From Phoronis australis (lineage: Eukaryota > Animalia > Phoronida), in NCBI GenBank assembly GCA_002633005.1, contig NMRA01000270.1:456345-520344 (forward strand): DNA of 64,000 nt, written 5' to 3'. Shown here piece after piece: positions 14,201-23,119 of the stretch. How positions within the stretch are numbered: position 1 is the first letter of the stretch; each line of letters starts with the position of its first letter. The position numbers and the translations under genes are program-made. The notes under the pieces are model-generated. The model did not search any database. It saw only the letters and a program-made list of their open reading frames with translations, and was not told the DNA's origin.

Positions 14201-17200
14201 CTAAAGACATACATCTTAGAACTTTTTAAAAAGGTTTCTGATTGCTTATTCACAATACAGGTCAATCAAAGTCACAGGCAGCAAACGGAGTAGATGTATG
14301 GCCTAATTCATCACTTCAAACTAATTCAATTGTCAAAATTGCCATATTTTGATTTTTCAAAGGTCAATTACGTTGCTCTAATAATTCAAATATTACCACA
14401 CATTGTTCAATGATTTCTTAACCTTTACTTTTTTAGAAACTTGACAAAATAAAATTTTCACTCAGTCTGTTTGCCATATTGTGTGCTGAATAAGTGAAGA
14501 GCTAGTGTGTTACGAGACACCCCTTGGAGGATGAAAACCACCGTTCGATAACTTTTGTATTGCACTGTTGAAAGGTCCTTATGGTAGTATAGCGGCCCCA
14601 CCATAATTCACTTGTATTCCTCAAAGGGACATATTTTCAGCATTACAGATATCTGACAGGGGCATTGTCAAGGCTTTAAGTAGGATCAGTGAGCTACACC
14701 TGGTATAGCTATACCAGGTGTAGCTCACAGGTAGTGTTGGTAGGACCTAAATAATTGGCTGGAATTCTCAACTGCATGGGACACAATATAGGGAATTCAT
14801 CTCTACCACAAAGTACTATAATTGTGTACAACTGGGAAAACACCGACAGTTCTGAATCAATGTTGCCAAAAACACCTGTTAATCAGTCCATCTACATACT
14901 GGTAATAACAATTTACTGCAAAGTACCAATGAACTTCTCACAAACAAGTTAGTCATACATGACGTAGACTACAGTTTCTCTGTTGACAACAGTAAGTCGG
15001 TAAAAGCAAGTTAGTGTTAGTTTATCCCCACACACAGCCTTCTCTACAGTCTTCGACTCATCTCAGTATGGTAAAAATTGTTCAATTTAAAAAATGAAAT
15101 TTCTGTCAGCCATATTGTTTCCTAAACTGAAGACGTTTTACTGTAGTGAGATTATCTTTCCCACGTACACAGAATGCAACAAGTTTGAATTCGTCAGGAA
15201 TTTCAGTCATTTTTTAAGGAAATCCTAACATTTTGTGAGTTTGAAATGTATGCACCTGTTCACTGAGTGATGATTCCAAGGCAGTATTCCATACCAATCC
15301 ACTCAATATAGATTAGGACTTCAAACGTGTTCATGAATTTTGTAATTCCATCGAGTTTGAAATCTGATGTGTTGGAAGAGTGATGTGCAGATAGAGTACA
15401 TGAACAAGGCCAAGTAGAACATCATAAATGCCATTATTGCATCATTTTTCACATTATCACTTTTTTGTTATATCTATTGCTCATTTTTTCTTGAATTAGT
15501 CAACCAGAATCAAATCTTAGATATCTGTCCTCATTATGTTTTAAAAACAAAAATGTCTGATTTCAAAAATGCAAAGACATTTCGATTTCAAGTTTTGAGT
15601 ACATGAATAATGACATTTTTGAAAAAAACAGAAAAACTTGGCCAGCATATACGAAATGTTAGTCGAATATTCAACCAAACAAACAACAGTAAAACATGCT
15701 TGTTGAACATTCCCATTTGTGTGTTACAAACAGGACAGGATAATGCACCATCCAAACAATTCTGACCTTAATATACCATGGAATCTGTCCATCAATGATG
15801 GTTGCTGAGTACTGTGCTCCGACATGGGGGAGGAGTGTAGCAAGAGTTGCATTGAGAGAGGGGACCCATGACAAAGCATCCATGACACTCCTTCAAAGAA
15901 ACCGCACACCAGTCACTTACTTTGAACTGTGGGTAATGTTTTGGGCACTTGACCCTGAAAGTCCTTACTGACATAACTATTGTTAAGAAACGGTCAAGTC
16001 ACTCCTAGCTGACATTGTAAAGAATGTTTACAGTGCCGGCAAAAAGAATTTAGGAAAACAAAAATCAGTATTCCTAGATGTGAAATTTCTCCCTTCATAA
16101 CAACTTGTACAAAAATAATTATAAATTATAGCACAAAATTATAGCAAGTAAATCATCAATAGCAAGAAAAAATGAAATGTCAAGCATTTCTAATGTTCAA
16201 AATCAATTATAAAACTGAAATAAACCAATAATGAATTTAGAATATTGGAAAATATATATCAACAGCATATGCAATAATAGTCACCACACCAACCAGGTAC
16301 TTTGATACTTACAGCTTCAGTCTACACCTGTTTCAACAATTGTCTGCTCATCAACTGAGTTCCACAGGAAGCACTAATCAATGTAGTAGCCTTAACTATT
16401 GTCTCATAACGAGGCACTTGTTTGCATAGTCTGGAATTCATGTGACAGACACTTTGATCAGATAAGGTGTTGTATAGGGTGGAAGAAGAAAGAATTCATT
16501 GGAACATGTTTTCGCATTTTTGTAGAACAAACTGCTATTTTGCTATGCAATTAACAGCTTAACTTCATAAGGAATTTATGGGTTTCGAGAATGAATCTGC
16601 AAGATATACCAGTGTTCTCCATGCCATGTTTTAACAGGTTGCCGAGACATGCTAGATTTCGCCTCTGACCTGTTTAAATAGCCTGCGACACAACTGATTT
16701 TTTTCATTCTGAACAAAAAAGTATCATTTTAGTGTGTTTGCCATGATATGCACACGATGCACACTCTCTTAATATTCAAAGTGGTTGAAATGCGACTTGT
16801 ATGAATTTTTGAGAGTAGAAAGAATACATTGTGCCGGCACACCACAACAAGTTTATGAAAGAAATACCTGTTTCAAGTAGACATAGAGCATATAGTAAAC
16901 GCCTTACTTATATATGACCTTGAACCATTAAACAAACCAGTAACTATTGCCACCTAGTGATAGATATCATAATGTCACCACCCTGAAACCTTCCCAAATA
17001 TCATTAATGAATATCACCAACAGCACTAAACCATATATCATTCTCCGTCTCAATGAGAAACAACTCTAGACGAGTTTTATTATGGTAAGTGGATTTTTTA
17101 TACAAGGTGTGGGTTTACATTTGCTTGATATGTGATCTTGACCCGAGTCATAACATATTTAACAATAATTGAAATAGTGTCTATACAAGATTAGAAAAAT

Positions 17201-18914
17201 AAATATTTACGTTGTTTTCATTTTTCTTAATTCAAAAGCTCTACAAAACACTAATAATGATTTATCCCTAGCTCAGACAAAACAAGAAGCTGTCTGCCTG
17301 AAAGAATTACAGGTGATATACGTTTTTGTAACCACAGAAGCAGGTGGCGTTTAGAGACATAAAAGCTAAGTCTATTACTATAATCATCAAGTAAGAGATA
17401 GCTTGCCCACCAGCAGTCTGTCAACTAGGTGGGAAAATTAATGATTTCCGCTTCAGTATGCAAGAAACTGGAAAACCACAGAAACCATTTGGAAGTTTTC
17501 CTAATGCACACCATTTGGTGTCCAGAGTGGCAAAAAGCTGGACATGAAATACCACAGGAGAACGTGTTCAATATAGAAGTTTATGCGTGAACTTTAAAGA
17601 GCCTTTACTGTTACACAACTCCTACCTGTAGAAGAGACATTTTAATATGGAGGTGGAAGGAAGGGTTATGAATCCATTGTCATTTCTTCTCCAATACACG
17701 GGTGAGAAACAACATGACCGCTGGTCCTCTAAATCGGACTGATTCACCCAAAACAGGACCTCCGGGGATCAAATGGGACCGTCGTACCAGAAAATGGGAC
17801 TGACGCACCTAAAAACATGACCGCGCCACCACAAAACAGGACCGCCGGGGACTGAACATGACCGCCGGACAACATGCGGTTTCAATCCAAGGCAGTCATG
17901 CTCAGTCCCCGGCGGTCCTGTTTTCTGGTGGGGCGGTCATGTTTTTAGGTGCGTCAGTCCCATTTTCTGGTGCGACGGTCCCATTTGATCCCCGGAGGTC
18001 CTGTTTTGGGTGAGGCGGTCNGGGGTGAATTCTGGGCTTGGGAAGACCCAAAACATCATTGGTGCTTGAAACCATGTTCTGTGCATGAACTGACCTGCCA
18101 TGACAAGCCAACTACATAGGCAGATCCAGATACGTCAAGGTGGTCTGGATCCTCCTTTTCCCCTCGATTTTAGTGATATCAATTCTAGAATTTTCAAATT
18201 GTTGGCTTGTATGCCCTTTTTTAAAAAATCCTTGATCCGACCCCCACTTTTAAAAAATCCTGCATCCGCCCCTGAACTACTAGTAATTGAGCCTGGTATC
18301 AAGCAATAACGAACTGTCAGTCGTGATCCTAAGCCCAGGAATTTGCTTTTATAACCTGACAACTTGTAACGTAACAGTACAAAATGAGACCATTTATACA
18401 ATGGCAAGTGGTATAAATCAAATGTTTTTGAAGCAACGGGGGTTTATAAGAGCACTTCAGCAGTACTACCTGAAAACTGACCTATCACAAGCTCCGCCCC
18501 CATGCAAAATGTCGACAAACAAACAATAAGTTTTACCCTGCAAGGTGTTGTTTGTTGGGTAAAACGGCGGCTTGGAAACAAAGATGTGTCAAAAATGTTG
18601 CATTCTGATTGGTCAGTTAAGCCGTTACTCAAAATCCTGGCGATAGGTCAACTGCAGGCATTCAGGAAGTCACTAATAATACAGATGTTTGTGTTCCAAT
18701 CTCTTCAGATACTAAGGCGAGGCTCTTCATTTATAATTGCACCACCTAGTGAATGTGAAAACCAAATTTCCAAGTAACATTCTGTAAATTCAAGGCACAC
18801 CTTGAACCACTCAGATTTCACGGCATCACCGGTGATGACTTTTGCTGGATATAGCCCCAGGAAAGGCAGCAATATCCCGGAGACTGGGGGGACTAGCTTG
18901 CTCATTCCTGTCAT
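8045..18914 (-). CDS. TSPO: Translocator protein (TspO/MBR family), whole coding span; three alternative first coding exons (18801-18914, 15767-15883, 12399-12509) joined to shared exons 11845-11914, 10494-10633, 8045-8221; 165-167 aa isoforms
   Basis: Spliced translation ...W(Y/F)xK|[24 protein letters not shown]|[11 protein letters not shown]...[26 protein letters not shown]|[10 protein letters not shown]...[23 protein letters not shown] matches the TSPO family motifs (LxKPxWxPP, GPVWxxLY, QLALNWxWxPIFF, PYLxW); GT-AG introns with phases 0,1,0. Confidence 0.95.
9779..10285. mobile_element. Non-autonomous hAT-like element with 6-bp TSD
   Basis: TIR CAGGGCTTGGAAT...ATTCCAAGCCCTG flanked by AAAATG on both sides; same left end at 31477 and 52101. 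Confidence 0.8.
10494..10633 (-). CDS. TSPO: TSPO shared exon 3 ([11 protein letters not shown]...[10 protein letters not shown])
   Basis: gttacag acceptor, TGG|GTAAGA donor, 140 nt; lies within ORF 10485..10733. Confidence 0.95.
11761..11850. repeat. 20-bp minisatellite (about 4.5 copies) overlapping the TSPO exon 2 splice donor
   Basis: Unit tcacctgtacacctcaccac at 11761, 11781, 11801, 11821, 11841. Confidence 0.85.
11845..11914 (-). CDS. TSPO: TSPO shared exon 2 ([24 protein letters not shown])
   Basis: ttttgtag acceptor, CAG|GTGAGT donor, 70 nt, signature KPxWxPP motif. Confidence 0.95.
12399..12509 (-). CDS. TSPO: TSPO alternative first coding exon A ([37 protein letters not shown])
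   Basis: Acceptor tttttgtag ending at 12512, ATG at 12509, donor AAG|GTAAGT phase 0; closest to the canonical TSPO N-terminus (LAPxxGGxxG...WY). Confidence 0.9.
14689..14728. repeat. Perfect 40-bp palindrome
   Basis: GTGAGCTACACCTGGTATAG|CTATACCAGGTGTAGCTCAC, no spacer. Confidence 0.95.
15767..15883 (-). CDS. TSPO: TSPO alternative first coding exon B ([39 protein letters not shown])
   Basis: Acceptor ttctttgaag ending at 15891, ATG at 15883, donor AAG|GTCAGA phase 0; WVP..TLLPHVG..WY motifs. Confidence 0.85.
17700..18030. mobile_element. Foldback-like element: about 118-bp inverted arms built from about 20-bp subrepeats
   Basis: 17744-17861 is the reverse complement of 17895-18013; subunit aaaacaggaccgcc; single N at 18021. 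Confidence 0.7.
18117..18274. mobile_element. Short GC-ended MITE (CAGGGGCGGATCCAG-type ends); related copy at 45549-45699
   Basis: Ends AGGCAGATCCAG...CTGCATCCGCCCCTG. Confidence 0.55.
18475..18654. mobile_element. MITE, same family as 7711-7863
   Basis: AACTGACCTATCAC...GCGATAGGTCAACTG; shared core GATTGGTCAGTT..GCCGT.ACTCAAAATCCTGGCGATAGGTCAA. Confidence 0.75.
18801..18914 (-). CDS. TSPO: TSPO alternative first coding exon C ([38 protein letters not shown])
   Basis: Acceptor ttttcaag ending at 18919, ATG at 18914, donor AAG|GTGTGC phase 0; LLPxxG and WFK motifs as in TSPO TM1/loop 1. Confidence 0.75.
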
Positions 18915-19343
18915 AATTCTTGAAAACACAAAACAATGAGAACAATGAGCCTCGAACAATAACTGAAAAATGGATTGTTATTATAAATTCATAGCTGACT
19001 GAAGCATAATTGCACTTCAAGTACTACACCAAAACAATACACAACATGATTTTAACTTGCAATTGCAAATTTCATGTATCTAAGTCTGAAGTGCCAGATC
19101 ATTGACAAAACTATTGCCCAGGTGTGAAGATGCAAAATTTCATAAAATTTGGATTGCCTATTTTTCCACCTAGGCAGAAATGACTCGCTGTACGTTCGCT
19201 GTACGTTTAGAAATAAGGTCAAAATATGTGGATTACACATGCAACTTAATGATAAGATGCAAAGAAACTGATTAATATTCTAACAATAATTGATTGACAG
19301 TCATGTGCCTTCTTAAAATGACATTTAAAGTCCTAAGGTTTAC

Positions 19344-19380
19344 CTTCAGCAGATCGTTTCAGCAACAGATTGGCCACAGC
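19344..19380 (-). other. Candidate non-coding 5' UTR exon of TSPO upstream of exon C
   Basis: Strong acceptor tttgttttattatttcttag and donor AAG|GTAAAC bracket 37 nt with no ATG. Confidence 0.4.
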
Positions 19381-19762
19381 CTAAGAAATAATAAAACAAA
19401 TATAGTAGACAACTTGTCCCTAACTGGAATCCACAAGGAGAAGGAAATGCCAATGACCTATTTTTTGCATTAAGAAAATGCTGACAAAAAATTATCTTAA
19501 CTTTCCATTAGTAGCCATAGGAACTCATTATCTAAGCTCACTAGGCAGTGGAAGACAGTTTTATTATAAGAACTAATGATTACAAGTTATCAACTCCCTT
19601 GACTCACTTAGTTTAAGTAGGAATGGACAGGCGGCTGCCTAGTATCCCACAATGCAATGTTGTATTAGTGTTTAGAATTTGTAGTTCAGTGGGCCGTTTC
19701 CATTATTTTTTCTTTTGACTTTAGCCAAAAGACAAAAATTTAATATGAAAAAACAAAAGATT

Positions 19763-19853
19763 GTTTTGTCATTTGGGTCTCTCAAAAGGTTTTGTCTTTT
19801 GGGTCTCTCAAAAGGTTTTGTCTTTTGGGTCTCTCAAAAGGTTTTGTCTTTAG
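19763..19853. repeat. 26-bp minisatellite, about 3.4 copies
   Basis: Unit gttttgtcttttgggtctctcaaaag. Confidence 0.9.
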
Positions 19854-20940
19854 GTTACTGCAAGTAGACTACAAATTTCTTTCTTCTGACTTAGTGTTGT
19901 GGACAGACTTTCTGACTTGTCAGTTCTAGCTTGCCATTCATGAACTAGTCCATTGCTCACGCCAGGGTATATGACCCTTGAGGCGAACAATGTAAAAATG
20001 GCCAGTCACCGATTCGAGCAACTGCACAAAAGACTGACATTATAAAAAAAAAGTTTGACTGTGGGGTTATTTGTTCAACGAAGAGTTAAAGACATCAGAG
20101 GCCTACTAAGGTGTCGCTCTATTCACAAAAGGTACTTATAGCAACAAGACTTTATGGAGGGCCTATGCCTATGGCATGGCCACCGTCTCTACTGGGACCA
20201 GTTGAGACAGTGGTAATGTCACGATCTAGGTAGACAGTTACATTAGGCAAGTATTCTCTAGCATGAGACTTTATAAAATTAACTTTGCGTGGTTGCCTGT
20301 TGCCAAATGGTTGGTTAAAATTAATGTTAGCTTATTAACATGTAATTTGCTTTAGTGCTTTGCAAATTTTTTATCAACGTAAAGATGATTATTTGAGTGA
20401 ATTTGTTAAGTTTCCTCCTGTATTCCATGTTCATGCACACGCAATTCATGCACCTTGAGATTAAGCAGGATTCCAATTAGGCAGCAGGCATGCAGGGGCG
20501 ATAGTACATCCCCACAAAAGTTAAGAATTTCAAAATACAAGAAACAAAATCAAATGAAACATGATACCTTCCCATGCTATTTTGCAAGTGCCACGCACTA
20601 GCGTCACGCGCTTCGCTCAGTCTCGTGCTAGCCTTTGCCTAACTCACTTGACTCAGTTGAAACACTCAGACTCTGTGGTTATCGTGCACATGGTGGAAAA
20701 GTTAACGGTGACCAAAAAAGTGGTGTTGGAATTCTTCGCCAAAGTCACCTTAATTCTGGTAACTAAGCTTTATCGAAGATATGAGAAGAAATAGAAAGGA
20801 CCACTGAAGAATGTAAGTGGTAGTTGTAAGCATGAAATGCATTTTTGACGAAGTGAAAACTCCTAATCGTTGGCCGGATTTGGCTCACCACCCGTTTGAA
20901 ATACACGGGACGAACTTCATACAGAAGGCAATGGGAAGTA

Positions 20941-22469
20941 TAGCCTCGGTACAAAGCTGTATATAAATATACAGCTTTGCACCGATGTGGCTAAAAAAGT
21001 GGTAAGATAAAATCTGACACAAAACAAGTGTCATTAAAATTAGTCTTCCTTGAGTAAACAAAATTATTCAACAGTGTTGGAAAAAATGGCGTTCTACTGT
21101 TATTCTGCTGCTAAAGTTGTGGAGCGATCTTTAGCAACGGCTTTCGGCGCCATGAAATATTGCGTCACCTATTGGCCAGTTTCTTTTTTGCCAATTCTTC
21201 AATCAACTGCTGTTCTTTCACGAGCTCGCGTACACATCACAACAAATTATTGGAACTGGTTTCACTTCATTATAATTTTTTAGAATTCCGATACCGAAAT
21301 ACCGAAAAACCGAATTATAACAAATTTCGCTTCTCCGAAGTGGTCGTAAAAATTTAGGAAATGGCGCGTGCCCGTGACACGAGCGTATTGTTTTCGAAAC
21401 GATGACATACTTTTCATTGCTAGAAAAGGCGGAGAGTTACGCAAGAAAATGACGTTTATTGCATTGTTTTTCAATTAAATGGCTGTAATGGGCAAGGTGA
21501 GTACCGGGTTGATTCCCAGATTTTGCTAGCCAGCCAGCTAGCTGTATGAAGACTGTCGTCAAAATACAGCTAGGTCCCACTGCGTATATTTCTTCCATAG
21601 ACCCCGAAATTGCACACAGCCAGGGTAGTTCTGCTCGTCACCGCGCCGTGAAACTTGTATCAACATGTAAAGCTAAAGACCGGACGGTGTGCATGCAAAA
21701 TCTGGGAGCCAACCGACACTCACCTTGGCCGTTACAGCCGTTTAAGTGAAAAACAATGCAATAAACGTCATTTTCTTGCGTAACTCTCCGCCTTTTCTAA
21801 CAATGAAAAGTATGTCGTTGTTTTGAAAACAATACGCTTGTGTCACGCGCACGCGCCATTTCCTAACTTTTTGTGACATCTCTCGGGTGATGACGATAGC
21901 TTGGCAGCAAAATTTCTTCTGAAATTCGATTTTTCGGTATCAAAATTCTAAAAACTATAATGAAGTGAAACCAGTCCTGATAATTGGTTGTGACGTGTAC
22001 GCAAGCTCGTGAAAGAACAACAGTTGAATGAAGAATCGGCGAAAAAAGAAACTGGCCAATAGGTGATGCAATATTTCATGGCGCCGAAAGCCGTCGCTAA
22101 AGATCGCTCCACAACTTTAGCAGCAGAATAACGGTAGAACGCCATTTTTTCCAACACTGTTAAATAATTTTGTTTACTGAAGGAAGACTGTAGTTTTTAA
22201 TGACGCTAATTTTGTGTCAGATTTTATCTTACCACTTTTTTACCCACATCGGTGCAAAGCTGTATATTTATATACAGCTTTGTTCCAAGGCTAGATTTTG
22301 CATGCACCCCGTCCGGTCTTTAGCTTTACATTTTGATACACGTTGCACGGCGCGGTGACGAGCAGAACTACCATGGCTGCATGCAATTTCGGGGTCTACG
22401 GAAGAAATACAAACAGTGGTACCTAGCTGTATTTTTACGACAGTCTTCATACAGCTAGCTTGCTGGCTA
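20941..22469. mobile_element. TAGCC...GGCTA-ended non-autonomous DNA transposon (outer copy), interrupted by an inverted copy of itself
   Basis: Flanks TGGGAAGTA / TTGGAAGTA (9-bp TSD, 8/9 match); subterminal hairpins; degraded third copy at about 25227-25740. Confidence 0.8.
21527..22293. mobile_element. Inner (nested, opposite-orientation) copy of the same element
   Basis: TAGCC...GGCTA ends; (A)GATTTTGC duplicated at 21518-21526 and 22293-22301. Confidence 0.8.
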
Positions 22470-22491
22470 TTGGAAGTATTGTAGCCCCCAA

Positions 22492-22561
22492 CAGGCCAAC
22501 CGAGGGGCTACGTGTTGCCCGTGATTTTGGCTAGGCAACACGTAGCCCCTCGGTTGGTCTG
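22492..22561. repeat. GC-rich hairpin, 24-bp perfect stem and 14-nt loop
   Basis: CCAACCGAGGGGCTACGTGTTGCC (22496-22519) pairs with GGCAACACGTAGCCCCTCGGTTGG (22534-22557). Confidence 0.9.
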
Positions 22562-23019
22562 CGGCATTGATCCAGGCCCAGGGCGATGTAGTTATATAAA
22601 ATTTCAATGGTCTACAAGGTCACAAGCGGCCGACAGGCAGAGACTGACGCAAATAGCCAAGTCTCACCCCAAAACAAAAGCCGGCTGACAAAAGATGTGA
22701 TTAAAGTTAGGACATTCAATGTGGCTAAAAAAATAAACCTTTTACGGTTACTTTTTGGAGTAAAAGTTACCTACTGGAAGCGTGCTTCTGATGCCAGTGG
22801 CGTGTAAACTTTGCCCTTTGCCTCTTTGACCTATTTAGCAAAATCCCAAAAATTATTTCATATTTGTCATCTTGTATGTTCAAAAGGTAATAATTGACCA
22901 ACATTTAATTTCATTTTCTAATCAAAATTGTTTTTGTCAATAAAGAAAGAATTTCTTAAAATAATTGTTTTGTGTAATTCAAACCTGGTGCGGTTTACCT
23001 ATTTGCCTCTGTGTAGAAA

Positions 23020-23119
23020 ATGGCCTCTCCTCCAACACCGACTGCCAAGAAAGACAAGAAAGACGAATCTTTCTTGGATAAGATTGGCACTATAGGCAGG
23101 AAGAAGAAGGCAAAAGAAG
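23020..23119 (+). CDS. parvin: Parvin coding exon 1
   Basis: tgtgtag|AAAATGGCC start context; donor GAAG|GTAAAA. Confidence 0.9.
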
